The notes beneath the pieces are model-generated. The model made no database searches. It was not told where the DNA came from and was given only the letters and a program-made list of their open reading frames with translations. A DNA stretch of 64,000 bases from the human T2T-CHM13v2.0 reference genome, Homo sapiens: NCBI RefSeq assembly GCF_009914755.1, contig NC_060941.1, one strand, 5' to 3'. This document shows, in pieces, positions 1 through 21,534 of the stretch (position 1 is its first letter; the number at the start of each line of letters is the position of its first letter). Position numbers and translations under genes: made by a program.

Positions 1-250
1 TGAAATAAAGGAAGAACAGTTAAATTAGCCAAATATTAATATAATTTATTGGTATAAGATAGAATATTGTTATAGATAGAAATTTCTATCATACATGGTA
101 GGGGAATTAATGGAGGAAAGTACTATCTTCTTTATTTTGGTCTTAATTGCCTTGGAATGTAAAACTGCTCAGGAATTTTGGGGGATGGTAACCGTGCAGT
201 TTTTAAATTCATAGTAAGTGATTATTAGGTGCATCCAAATATGTATTGTA

Positions 251-572
<322 letters not shown>

Positions 573-1577
573 TCATTGTATACTCTTGGAAAGCCAATTT
601 GCCAATTTCAAAATGTTTTGATAGTTATCATTAGATTAGAGATTTTCTGAATGAGAATATGTAGATACTGGAAAGAGAAAAGCATGTAATAAATGAAATT
701 CTGACTGTAGCAATAAATTATACCAATGAAAAGAAGGAAAGCGCCATTTAAAGAAATCCAAAGAGCCCAATAGAAAACTTTCAGATGAACCCAGATATTA
801 AAATAATGTCTTGATTTTTTTCATTTGGGGAAAAAGGGCCATTTTTGGAAATAGCTGCTCAGTAAGTTTGACATTGACTCTTAGTATATTCACAAAGGAT
901 AGCAGAGCAGCCTCTAACCAAGAATGAGTATATATTAGAAAAATAGGAACAATAATTAATATCATCTGCATTGAATTATTTTTCCATCTTAAGTCTTAAA
1001 AGCCATAGTGTACTAAAAATCGCAAAATTATGTTTCAAAATGCTTGAAACAAAAAACAAAGACTTCCTTTTTAAAAAGTTGTATAAAGAATAAGGAGAGG
1101 TAGAGCCAGTGTTTGGGGTAGATGGTATAGGATTCATAGACGACAGAAAGAAAATGGATCTTCTCAATTATTATTTTGCTTTCCCTTTCTTTTCCATCAG
1201 GAAGAATAATTTTAAAGCTGAAAATGCAAGAACAGGTCTGAATAAGAAGGAATTGATGACTAAGGTGGAAGGAAATAATGAGGGAAAACCTACCACCATA
1301 AGTGATTTTGTCTTGAGCATTTAGACATTATTTCCGTGGTGTTAAAAGAACTTGCAGATTTAGCGTCAGAGTCACTGTAGGTCATCTATGAGAAATTATG
1401 CAGAATACGTTATCAGAAAATGGTGAGAAAGGCAAAAGTCTTAATTTTTTTCATTTGGTAAAAAGGGCGGGTTCTGGAAACAACTACCCAGTAAGCTTGA
1501 CATTGATTACTAGCGAACTCTAGTACAGTTTATTGAAAAATGGTTTAAGGAAATTTAATGACGATTAATGAGTATGA

Positions 1578-1841
<264 letters not shown>

Positions 1842-2356
1842 TAATGGGTGCTCCACAAGAATTTATTGAAATTTAACCTAATGTCTTTTATTTTCAGCAC
1901 AGTATTTAACAATACTGCATTTGATATCTTGTGAATAAAAAAGTAGTCTGTAGATGACAGTACTGCTGAGTATAGTTGCCAGATAGCCCAGTCTAGAAAA
2001 GTATTAATTAATTGCTTAGTGTAGACTAGATGAAGTTTTTACTGGTATTGTGCTGAACTTAGTTTTTTCTTGATAAACATTTTTAATGATACTGAATAAA
2101 AATATTGAAGTTATGATTATATTTTTCTGGAAAATATCTTAATATCTAATAGGTAGATGACCAAGCTTTAAAATGACTTTAACAGATTAGAACCATGGGC
2201 AAAAATCAACAGGGTGTAAATTTGAAAGGATATATCTTATATCCTGTGTTTGGGATGTACAATAGCAAATACATGTGGTAGAGATCTGAAATTATCAGAT
2301 CATCACAACCTTAATATTGGCTTATACGTATGGCTCTGTTTAAAAAATTTTTTTTA

Positions 2357-2694
<338 letters not shown>

Positions 2695-2981
2695 CTAGGT
2701 GATGGGGAATTACAGCGTTCCTGTTATGTGTTGGTCACTCAACATTTGGAGTTCAGTTTTGGATATAATCAAGTTTTATGAGGAGTTTGACATACTAGTG
2801 TTTTTAGAGAATGGTACTTAGGTATGGTAGATCTCTTAGAAACCAAGTAACTTATAAGGAGTGGTTGACAGAATTGGTAATTGGAGGAATCAAGGGGGGA
2901 AATTAATTGCAATATTTTAGAATAAGTAGTTTTTCCTTTTATATAGAAGAAGCAGCTGACTGGTTTGGTATTGCTCTAGCA

Positions 2982-3179
2982 CAAGGGTGGCAAACTGTGG
3001 TCTAATCTCACTGACTGTTTTTGTAAATAAAATGTTAGAATGCAGCCATACCCATTTGTTTATGTGTGGCTGCTTTCACTGTAATAGCATGGTTGAGTAA
3101 TTGTGACAGAGACCATATGGCCTGCAAGCCTAAGCTATTTACTATCTGGCCCTTTACGGAAAATGTTTACCAATTCTTG
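2982..3179. mobile_element. MER58A-like hAT-Charlie MITE
   Basis: TIR-like caagggtggcaaact...ttaccaattcttg, internal tatttactatctggccctttac, degenerate 8-bp TSD ctctagca/ctgtagaa. Confidence 0.75.
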
Positions 3180-3259
3180 CTGTAGAAGCTACCAGGACCT
3201 ATTGGTACAAATTGTAGGAAAGCTGGCAGTAGAACAGTGTAAGAGATTATTGTTTGCTT

Positions 3260-3395
3260 ATTATTTTTTCTTTTTATAAGAGATGGGATCTTGCTGTGTT
3301 GCCTAGGCTGTTGTCAAACTCCTGAGCTCAAGCAGTCCTCCTGCCTCAGCCTCCCAGAGTGCTGAAATTATAGGCGTGAGCTACCATCCTTGGCC
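3260..3395 (-). mobile_element. FLAM/Alu monomer
   Basis: Left-monomer homology. Confidence 0.8.
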
Positions 3396-3875
3396 TTGTT
3401 TTATTTATTTATTTTTAAATAGGGTTATCAATCCTGGAATGGACATTTTATATAAGGTATTGGACCTTTTGTCTTCTATTGGATTTTTTTCAAGGTGAGA
3501 AGTTGGAGTAGATGATTTTTCATATCCAGATTTAAGGTGGAAAAAATAACCCAGTGCAGATGATATCAAGTAATTATTTTTCCTGTTTTTAAAAAATATA
3601 TATTCATGTTTGATGATGCTATCCCTTTTGAATATTATTGTTAATTGTTAATTTTATTATATTTATTAATAGCGCATTATGGTGATGTAAGAGAATGTCC
3701 TTATTTTCAGGAGATGCATGCCGAGATAGTTGTAAGTGTGCAATGGCATTGTATTTGCAACTTATTCTGAGATAGTTTGGCAGAAAATAAGTACATACAC
3801 ATGTACACATATGTGACACAAATATGGCTAAATTAATTGAATATATTTCCCCATTTATATGAAAGCATTTTGTCC

Positions 3876-4170
3876 GGCCGGGTGCGGTGGCTTACGCCCG
3901 TAATCCCAGCACTTTGGGAGGCTGAAGTGGGTGGATCACCTGAGGTCAGGAGTTTGAGACAAGCCTGACCAATATGGTGAAACCCCGCCTCTACTAAAAA
4001 TACAAAAATTATCTGGGCATGGTGGCAGGTGCCTGTAATCCCAGCTACTCAGCAGGCTGAGGCAGGAGAATCACTTGAACCCAGGAGACGGAGGTTGTAG
4101 TGAGCCGAGATTGCCACACTGCACTCCAACCTGGGCAGCAGAGTGAGACTCCGTCTCAAAAAAAAAAAAA
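3876..4170 (+). mobile_element. AluS
   Basis: Full dimer with A tail. Confidence 0.9.
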
Positions 4171-4198
4171 ATTAAATTGTATTTAAGAAGCATTTTGA

Positions 4199-4566
<368 letters not shown>

Positions 4567-4910
4567 ATTTTTATAAAAGTTTGGAAAAAAATTATGGACT
4601 GCAGAAAAGAGTAGACTTGACAGGCTGTGAAGGATGGGTGGGGCAGGATTAGGATAAGTAGACTGGTGAGAGTATTTCAGCTAAGGGGAGTCAAAAAGAA
4701 TCACTTCTTGAAGTAGAGGAGTGTGATTCAGAAAAAAATTATTTCCTCTTTTGCCAAATGCTGATCATGATCATATAATTTTTTTTTAGAAAAAGAAGAT
4801 GACTTGAAAAATAGAAATAAAACCTTTTAAAGAAATTTTCGTCATGTCTATATAAAATCCTACCATGTTCAAGGAATGCCTCTCACTTCATATCTCATTT
4901 AAACACACAG

Positions 4911-4991
4911 GTTTCCCTATTTGGATCCACCTAATGAGAGACTTATTTTAGAAGCTCTTAAACAACTTTACCAGTGTGATGCTATTGACAG
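4911..4991 (+). CDS. DHX40: DHX40 internal exon (81 nt): (R)[26 protein letters not shown](R), start of the winged-helix/HA2 region
   Basis: cacag|G...GACAG|gtaaaa. DEAH-type F-x-x-LDPP...AL-x-x-L motif. Phase 2 matches the next exon. Confidence 0.95.
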
Positions 4992-5138
4992 GTAAAAAAA
5001 AAAAAAAAAAATCACAATCAAAACAGATATTGATCTCTTTTTAAACAGGGCTCTAAATACCTTTCTCTAACAGTAGAAAATAATTTCTTTAAATTGAATG
5101 GATTGTTAGTCTTTCATCACAATTCTGATTGAAAAACC

Positions 5139-5486
<348 letters not shown>

Positions 5487-5629
5487 TTATTTAACAAGTA
5501 ATTTCTGAGTACCATTTCAGTGCTAAGCATTATGCTGGATACATAAAAATGATAAGAGAGCCAGAGTCCTTGTTTTCATGTTTGTGTGATGGGGTGGTTA
5601 GGTTTGATATTAATAATTATTATTCTCTT

Positions 5630-5960
<331 letters not shown>

Positions 5961-5980
5961 TCATGTCTTCAAAGACATCT

Positions 5981-6534
<554 letters not shown>

Positions 6535-6653
6535 TGAACTTCTGGAGGTGATTGGAGGTAACGTAAATTATATCTGATTTATTCTGAATGATGAATGTTA
6601 CATTTGTACTCTCCTAGTGTAGAAAGACTTACAAACTTTTTCTTTGTATTAAG

Positions 6654-6811
6654 GAGTGGCCATGTCACCAGATTGGGTTTGTCTATGGTGGAGTTTCCTT
6701 TGCCTCCACATCTGACATGTGCAGTAATAAAAGCTGCTTCCCTGGATTGTGAAGATCTACTACTTCCAATAGCAGCAATGTTGTCTGTGGAAAACGTCTT
6801 CATTAGACCTG
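6654..6811 (+). CDS. DHX40: DHX40 exon (158 nt): [52 protein letters not shown] (HA2 domain)
   Basis: ttaag|G...CCTG|gtaag. HA2 signature G-x-x-T-x-LG..M..FPL.P...IAAMLSV. Confidence 0.96.
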
Positions 6812-6855
6812 GTAAGATGTTTATTTTAAGTTGTGTTTTTTAAAACTAATAGACT

Positions 6856-6999
6856 TGGCTGGGCACGGTGGCTCACGCCTGTAATCCCATCACTTTGGGA
6901 GGGCAAGGCAGGTGGATTGCTTGAGGTCAGAAGTTGGAAGACCAGCCTTACCAACATGGTAAAACCCCATCTCTACTAAAAAAAAAAAAAAAAAAAAAA
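6856..6999 (+). mobile_element. Alu left monomer with A tail
   Basis: ggctgggcacggtggctcac...tactA(n). Confidence 0.85.
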
Positions 7000-7019
7000 C
7001 CAAAAACAAAATTAATAGA

Positions 7020-8400
<1,381 letters not shown>

Positions 8401-8409
8401 TGCCAGTAA

Positions 8410-8768
<359 letters not shown>

Positions 8769-9207
8769 CGGCGTTAATTTCCTTTCATTAGTAAAGGAAG
8801 ATAGTGCTTTTATAGTACATTAGTAATTTACTAATTTTTTTTTTGTAGGATCAAAAGAAAAGGTAGTTTAGCCCTTGCATCCTTAGAGAATTCTTTTGAA
8901 GTTTCCAGGTCTTTAAACTTCTGCTTCTTTCTTTTCTTGGTGTGTCAGTATAGGACACAATTTAATTTGACATATGTTAGATTTGTTTTCATGCAGTGGA
9001 GTAATTTTTTCTTTCAAGGAGCTTCCAAGTGAACAGTATACCTTGTCTGCAGCCAGACAACAGAATGGGTTAGCTCACTGGCTTTATACCTTTGTAGGCT
9101 GGAAGTGTCGGGTCCAGATTAATTTATTATTGCCATGATTATAATGGAGGATACATTTTTCTATAAAAATACTCTAATCAATATACTGTTTCAAATAGTT
9201 TGCAGTC

Positions 9208-9525
<318 letters not shown>

Positions 9526-9659
9526 CAGTTGCAGTCTGAAATGTCAGAATTTTAATTCTGGTAATACCCCTAATTGCAATTTTTTGTTCTAATAAAATGC
9601 TGTATAAAAATAAGTAATGTTAACTGGTTTTCATGAGGCAGTATCAGAGCTAAAAATAC

Positions 9660-10095
<436 letters not shown>

Positions 10096-10630
10096 CTAAA
10101 ATATTTCAAAACCTATTACAGAGTATTGAAGTAGGAGTTAAGAGTGCAGGGTTCTGTCCAGCTCCACTACTACCTAATTATCTGACCATGGCCCTAGTTT
10201 TTCTAGATTTCATTTTTCATTTGTAAAACCAAGAAGTTGGATTAAGGTGACCAACTCTAATAGTCTTTTAAGGCTAGAAAAAGAAAAATGTTTTTTCCAT
10301 GTTGGAATATTTAAATAGATAAAATCAGTGTGGTGTTAGCCTTTTTTGGGTGACATTTATTCTTATATAATTTCAAATAAGAATAGCAAAGGAATTCCTT
10401 TATACCTTCTATGCAGTTTCCGCAATTTTTAACATTTTACCCCCTTTGCTTTATTACTCTGTCTCCCTCTATATATGTATATATAAATGGATTTTTTTCT
10501 TTTTCTGAATCATTTAAGAATAAATTGGAAGCATTGTGCTCCCTTACCACAAAATATTTACATCTGTATTAGGCAAGAACAAGGGCAATCTCTCATTTAA
10601 CCATAGTACATTAATCAAAATTCGGAAATT

Positions 10631-10928
10631 GTTTTGTTTTGTTTGAGAGAGAGTCTCACTCTGTTGCCCAGGCAGTAGTGCAGTGGTGGGATCATGGCTC
10701 ACCGCAGCCTTGACCTCCCGGGCTCAAGCAATTCTCCCACCTCAGCCTCCTTAGTAGCTGGGACCACATGCATATGCTACCATGCCTGACTAATTTTTAA
10801 AAATTTTTTGTAGAGATGAGGTCTCCCCATGTTGCCCAGGTTAGTCTCAAACTCCTAGGCTCAAGCAATCCTCCTGCTTTGGTCTCCCAAAGTGCTGGGT
10901 TTACAGGTGTAAGCCACTATGCCCGGCC
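10631..10928 (-). mobile_element. AluJ
   Basis: Antisense dimer. Confidence 0.85.
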
Positions 10929-11089
10929 TAAAGTTTGGAAATTTAACTTTGATACAATATTATTATCTAATCCAGAATCCATATTGAAATTGTCCATTTT
11001 CCCTAGAATCTACAGAAAGTAGTTTGAGAATTGGTAAGTTACAGTACTGTGAAAAACAACCCTATATAACTACAGTTTGATATTTGTTT

Positions 11090-12552
<1,463 letters not shown>

Positions 12553-12584
12553 TAAAAAAAAAAACAAAAAAACTTTAATTCGTG

Positions 12585-13770
12585 GATTCTTTCTTCTGCC
12601 AGCCCAGATCTACTGTTGAGCCCCTCTATGGCAGTTTCCATTTTGTTTCTTGTCCTTGTCAACTCCAGCGGTCAGTCAGTGATTGGTCGGAGGTTGTACC
12701 TAGCTAAGCCTTTTAATTTAAGCCAGTGATGTTTTCACCTTTTACTGTTGAATCTGTGTTTCTGGTTAGGAGACTACTTTCATGGTTGAGGGAGTTGATG
12801 AATTTGTACTGTGTTCAGCCAAGGAGTCGAGGCTCAGACATTCCCTCTCTATTTACTTCTCAGAAGGCACAGCTTTGGGCATGAGAACAATCTTCTAGAA
12901 CACCAGGAAGACTATGCTCTTAGCAGGTCTCTGTTTCCTTCATTGATTTCTTCATTGAATTTTTGGCTGGTCTGTCTCTATTGGTGTCACAGCAAGCTGT
13001 TAGTCTCCACTGATTGCTAGCTGCTGGCTCTGTTGTTTTTGACAGTGCCCAGAGCATAAATTGCTCCATAGTCTTGATCCAAATAAAGTTGGGCACCTCG
13101 GCAGGGGCAAGGTATTGCCCGTCTTTGATAATCCTTTCCCCATCCTTTCCTGGAAACAATCTCTGTGCTATGGAGCAGGAGTTGGAGAGGGTGGTGGTGG
13201 TAATGGGGGCCTGTTCTTCAGTGGCTCTCCTATCTGGGTCCTCCCTAAATAGCAGAAGCTTGGGGTTGGGGAGTTAGGAGCTGATACTGTGGCTCACTTT
13301 GCATCTTCCTCAGCACAAAGCCTTTTGAGATGCAATCTCTGGATGTTCACTAGTTGCAAACGTACAAACCTGGAATAGCTCTAGGAAACTGGGAGTAGTG
13401 GGAACTACCACTGAGCTGCTGAACCCATTGGAACAACTCTTCTGCAACACAGAGCTGTGGGGAATAGAGGACTGCGTAGGCTGTCATTATCTGTTATGCT
13501 TTGATCTTCCCTACCGAGTAGCATTTAGGAGTCAGGGAAAGGGTGCCGCTTTCAGGCTGCCTTGAAGGCTCTCGCATAGCCCTTCCACACACACAGCTGT
13601 TGAGAGTGGGGCATTCTTCCTACTGTCCTTACCGAATTCCATAGATTAGGCTTGTCTTAAGCATTTTAATCAATCTCCAGAGACTTTGAATGATTGTCTT
13701 TGGTAATTTTGACTAGTTTAATAGATGTCTCTCTAGAAAAGAAGTTTTACCTAACTCCTCACATCACCAT
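12585..13770 (-). mobile_element. Old L1M 5'/ORF1-region fragment (antisense)
   Basis: ttcttctgccagcccagatctactgttgagcccctcta resembles antisense L1M ORF1. The rest is diverged. Confidence 0.5.
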
Positions 13771-13778
13771 TCCCAGTA

Positions 13779-14870
<1,092 letters not shown>

Positions 14871-15035
14871 TCTAGGGATTCCAGGAGGCACTGACTCACA
14901 GGTAGGCTTTTCTCCTGGTATTGCGAGCCAGGATGGGGTCGATGCTGGAGTCTAGGGCAATTTGACTTTTGGCATGATATCTTCTGGGGGATGGCAGTTA
15001 GGTGCTTGAAATGAAATATTTTGGGTTAAAAATTA

Positions 15036-15345
<310 letters not shown>

Positions 15346-16319
15346 ATTAGTCTCCCGGAGCAGTTCAAGAAATGGAGATTAATAATCATTTATATCTTTT
15401 CCTTACCAGGGTCATTTGTATGTTTGTATGGTCTGAGATAAATCATATTCTTTTTTATTTTTTTGTCTCTAGCTGCTTCATTCAGTTGCTACCTAGGTAA
15501 CATAGTTGGAAGCTACTTAAAGCATGGGATAGAAGACTTTATACCTTCATCAGTGTTTTCTTTAATCAAATTACTTTCCTCCTAGTAACAGGAACTGCTG
15601 CTTTGCAGATTCACATCGTATTCTATAGTAAATGCTGCTCCCTGGATTCAGGCAACATTGTGCCTCTGCTAGATCTAGCTGTGATAGGTATAGGGAATAG
15701 GAATTGTGATGTGACGTGTTAGATTGAAGGAAAGGATCCCTATGCAGTTTTGAAAAAATGGCACTCTGAAAGATTAGCCCTGGATAAAGTGCTGTATGGG
15801 GAATTTGGGCAATCAGAGAGCACATGAGTCCTGAATGGGATCAGGGGAAGTGGTATCGAAGTAATTAACAGATAAATCTCAAAAACGTAATGTTGAGCAA
15901 GAGAAAACAGACACATCAAGTACATACTATACGATTCATTTATACAAAGGTTAAAAATGGGCAAAACCCATCTGTAGGATTAGAAGTCAGGATATAGTTA
16001 TTCTTGTGGAAGGGAATGGGTAGTTACTCGAAGGAGGGCATAAAAGGGGGCTGTTGAGATGCTGGTGATACTGTTTGTTGATCTGGGTACATTGGTATGT
16101 TGTGTTTGTGAATATTATATGAGCTACACACTTACGTCCTGTGTAATTTTCTGTATGCATATTATACTTCAATATTACATTAAAAAAGAAAATGTTCGTA
16201 GTAGGTCAGTTCTGCATATATGGAGATCATGTCTAATTGCCCATAATTGGGAATTGGATAAATAAGAACTGGTTAAATTGTGTTATGTTCCCCATACTCC
16301 TGGGGAATACCATATCATT

Positions 16320-16924
<605 letters not shown>

Positions 16925-17494
16925 CTATATTGCTATTTTTGAGAAAGAATAATTCTATATGTACTGATATGGAGTTGTTATTAAATAAACAAATTTTCAG
17001 ATTATATATTCCATTTATAGAAAAATGAAACACTATGTACATATGCTTATATATACATAGAAATTACCTGGAAGGACACACACTAAATAATGAACAGTAC
17101 TTTGTCTTGAGGATTGGTTTATGGGTAGTGTGACTGGGGAACATTGAACTTTTACATGATATTCTTTTATACCATTACATTTTTTTTTCTGTAAGCATGG
17201 ATTACTCTTATAACAAAACTAATTTAAAAAGTAAATTACAAATACTATTTTTAAAAGGCAAATAGATTGGGAGAAGTAATGTTGCTATTCAGGTAAAATC
17301 TCCAAAGTGATATGAAAAGAAAAAAAGGAATTGTGGGAGAAATAGAGCTTCCTAAGAGAAGTTAAGAAGAGTTAATATAGTTCTACCTTACTTCACCCCA
17401 GAGGATGAGGCAGATTTTAATGAGTTTCTGAAAGCAAAGTGATTGTAGGCACTTAATGCAAAGTATAACTGAATTGCCTCTCCAATTCTTTTAG

Positions 17495-17609
17495 TTGATC
17501 CAGAGTACCAGAAGGAAGCAGAACAGAGACATCGAGAATTGGCAGCTAAAGCTGGAGGATTTAATGACTTTGCAACTTTAGCTGTCATCTTTGAACAATG
17601 CAAATCAAG
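17495..17609 (+). CDS. DHX40: DHX40 exon (115 nt): [38 protein letters not shown](S)
   Basis: ttttag|TT...TCAAG|gtatgt. Phases 1 and 2 fit the neighbouring exons. Confidence 0.95.
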
Positions 17610-18132
17610 GTATGTAAGGTAGTCCTTTGTCCTGAAAAATGTCAATTTGATGTATAGTTCCAATACGTACTTATGATGTGGCTTGTGACACTAACGTTCA
17701 GTGAAGATGATATTGACTTCAAGGTATTTTGAATTTCAGTGAAATTATCTATGTCAGATGACTATTGCTTAGTAGGCATTTATTATATAACATTGATTCT
17801 CTTCTTTTCTCCTCAAACCTTTACTGAAAATGACCTTATAGAATTTTGCTTCTATATAGGTAGCCTAGATTAAAAAATGATTGGATATTTGTTATTGCAT
17901 ATATAAGTAAAGAAATCCATTTACAAATTATTTTTTAATTTAGTCAGGGGCACATTCATTAATTTAAATGTTTTTTTCAAGTTTCCTAAAATTCTTTTTT
18001 AGTACTTGGACAGGTCTCCTGAAGGAACTGACAGTTGTTTATGGGTTTCCACTTTTGTAATAGAAATGAGAATTTTAGATTGTCTTTTACTTAGAGAAGA
18101 TATTTTAAAGATACCAGTTTTTTGTTTTGCAG

Positions 18133-18241
18133 TGGAGCTCCAGCTTCATGGTGCCAAAAACACTGGATTCATTGGAGGTGCTTATTTTCTGCATTTCGTG
18201 TGGAAGCTCAACTTCGAGAACTAATCAGGAAGCTTAAACAG
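18133..18241 (+). CDS. DHX40: DHX40 exon (109 nt): [36 protein letters not shown]
   Basis: ttgcag|T...CAG|gtgatt. WC..H.I...L..A..V..QL motif of DEAH helicases. Confidence 0.95.
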
Positions 18242-18512
18242 GTGATTGCCGTAATGTTTTTTTTCTTGAGTAGCATTTTGGACCTATATATTTCATATTG
18301 AAGTTTCATTGATGTACATTAGCACCCTTTCTATTCTACCACCCTTCCATTCTATTTGTTTCTATGACCTCCTTGACCCCATGAAACATTCCTAGTAGTG
18401 ATAAAAGAATTGTCTTCACAGAAATGAAGATATTTAAAAATTGCTTTCCTGATATATAATTGACGTGTGATAACCTACACATATTTAATGTATACACTTT
18501 GATGAGTTTTGA

Positions 18513-18894
<382 letters not shown>

Positions 18895-18970
18895 TAATCC
18901 ATTGTCTCACCTACTAGGCCCTCCTGCCCCACCAACCCAGGTAACCACTAATCTGCTTTCTGTCATGATA

Positions 18971-19167
18971 CAGTAAGTCCTCACTTAATGTCATCAGTAG
19001 GTTCTTGGAAACTGTGAGTTTAAGCAAAATGATATACAGCAGGCCCTAGAAAAATATTGTTTTATTCACCATTGTTTTAACACTGATGAGAGAAAAAAAA
19101 AAATCTTAAAAATTTTGCTTAACTTTGCAGTTTTTAAGAACTTATCATTGACATTGAAGACTTACTG
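18971..19167. mobile_element. MER6B-like TcMar-Tigger MITE
   Basis: TA|cagtaagtcctca...gaagacttactg|TA with long TIRs. Confidence 0.8.
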
Positions 19168-19324
19168 TATATAAGTTTGCATTTCCTAGCATTTTACATA
19201 AATGGAATCAAACAGTATATGCTCTTTTTTTTTTGGTCTGGCATCTTTTACTCCTCATGATTATTAGTTTTTCAATTTATATATCTTATTTTGGTAAAAT
19301 AATTAATATAAAATTTACCTCTAC

Positions 19325-20083
19325 TGGGCATTGATGATTAACCCCTGTAATCCCAATGCTTTGGGAGGACGAAGTGGGAGGACCACTTGAGGCCAGGAGT
19401 TCAAGACCAGCCTGAGAAACAGTGAGACCCTGTCTCTACAAAAAAATTAAAATAATTAGCTTGTTGTGTTGGCACACACCTGTAGTGCTAGCTACTCAGG
19501 AGGCTGAGGCAGAAGGATTACTTGAGTCCAGGAGTTTGAGGTTGCAGTGAGGTATGATGCCACTACACTCTAGCCTGGGCAACAGAGCAGCAGCACCCTG
19601 TCTCAAAAAAATTTTTTTTTTTTTTTTTTTTTACTGTTTTTATGCGTACAGGTCACTGCACACTTAAAACATTTACAATGTTGTGCAGCCCTTACCACTT
19701 CTCCATCTCCAGAACTTTTTTTTATCATCCCATACTATAATAAAACTCCATAACCATTCAACAATAACTCCCCATTCCCGACAGTGCATGGTAGCTCACG
19801 CCTATAATCCTAGCACTTTGGGAAGCCGTAGTGTGGGGATCACTTGAGCCCAGCAAGTTTGAGACCAGCCTGGGCAACACAGTGAGACCTTGTCTCTACT
19901 AAAAAAAAAAAAAAAAAATTAGCCAGGCGTTGTGGCACACACCTGTAGTGTCAGTTACTCAGCAGGGTGAGGTAGAGGATTGCTTGAGCCTAGGAGATCC
20001 AGGCTACAGTGAGCTGTGATCACACAACTTCACTGCAGCCTGGGTGACAGAGTAAGACCCTGACTCAAAACAAAAACAAAAAA
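19325..20083 (+). mobile_element. Two AluJ copies (19325-19611; 19785-20083)
   Basis: Diverged dimers separated by an L1 fragment. Confidence 0.85.
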
Positions 20084-20149
20084 ACCTACCCATTATCTTC
20101 TTTCTCCAGCCTCTGGAAACCACTGTTATAATTTCTCTGTTTCGTTATG

Positions 20150-21190
20150 AGTGTTTTCTGTTTGCCTTATCTTAAAGTTCATTAATCTTTTCTCCTGCAG
20201 TGTCTAGTCTAATCTGCCATTAATCCCATCTAGTATATTTGTCATCTCAGGTGTTGTATTTTCATCTCTAGATGTTGGATTTCAGTCTTTAAATTTTTAC
20301 ATTTTATTTTTCAGGTCTCTACTTTTTGAACATATGTAATCCAGCTATACAGAAAATTATAATAAAATATAATTAGATCTGTGTCAGTTCTAGGTTGATT
20401 TTGATAGATGTCCTCATTATGGATTGTGTTTTTTTGCTTCTTTACATCATACCTGATAATTTTTCAGCGGATGCCAAACATTGTGAATTTCACCTTGTTG
20501 GGTGCTGGATATTTTTGTGTTCTAGTTACTTGGAAATGGTCTTTGGTCTTTCTTGTTGGGTCTTGCTTGCATGATTTGTTAGGTGGGATCAGAGCAGTGC
20601 TCAGTGCAGGGCTAGTTATTCCCCTCTACTGAGGCAAGGCCCATCTGAGTACTCTTCCTAACATCACATGAATTACTGTAGTGTAGTATTCTCATGTGGC
20701 TTATAGGAACAGGCGCCATTACTAGCCCTGTGAAAACACCATGCCCTTACTTATCCTTTTAAGAGGTTCTTTTCTTGGGCTGGTAGTTTCCTCACATTCA
20801 TGTGCTAATCACTACTCAGCTCAACACTTGAGGAGGACCTTCTGCATCTCTCTGGAGTTGTGTCTTTGTGCACTTCTCTTCTCTCCTGAACTCTTGTCCT
20901 GTGAATTCTAGCCACCTTGGTCTTCCTGGACTCCCAGCTTTCTCTCCCTAACCCAGGGAGTTCTCTGAGTTCCATTTGGGCTTTACTTCCCTGTACCTTG
21001 GTCTGCAGTCTTTATCAAGGCTGAAGTTGGGGCAGTTGTTGGGCGTACTGCGTTTATTTCCTGTCTCTGTCCTTTATTGCCTGATATTACAGTGTTTTGG
21101 AAATCATTATTTCATGTATTTTTTCCATTTTTTTGGTTTCAGGTGGAAGGGTAAATCTGGTCTCTCTTAATCTATGTTGGCCAGAAACAG
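20150..21190 (-). mobile_element. Old L1M 5'/ORF1 fragment (antisense)
   Basis: taatctgccattaatcccatctagt...; gatgccaaacattgtgaatttcaccttgttgggtgctggatattttt. Confidence 0.6.
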
Positions 21191-21279
21191 AGGTCTTTAG
21201 AAATGTGGATTTTTCAAAATAAAAGATTATTTCAAATTGTACTATGAGATTTACCACTCTCTACATATTCTTTTTATAG

Positions 21280-21374
21280 CAAAGTGATTTCCCAAAAGAG
21301 ACCTTTGAAGGCCCTAAACATGAAGTACTACGAAGATGTCTTTGTGCGGGCTATTTCAAAAATGTAGCTCGAAG
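21280..21374 (+). CDS. DHX40: DHX40 exon (95 nt): [31 protein letters not shown](R)
   Basis: ttatag|CAA...GAAG|gtaagc. L..CL.AGYF.NVA begins the OB-fold. Confidence 0.96.
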
Positions 21375-21496
21375 GTAAGCAATAAAGACTTGAGAGATGG
21401 ATCAAGATATAATACTGTATTTGACTATAATATTGGACTATTTAATATTAAACATTGAAGATTTGATTTAAGCTCTGTGATGATTATGACATGAAT

Positions 21497-21534
21497 TACA
21501 GTGACGAGGGAGAGCTACAGTGACGAGGGAGAGC
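21497..21534. repeat. 19-bp tandem duplication (tacagtgacgagggagagc)x2
   Basis: Exact adjacent copies. Confidence 0.9.
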
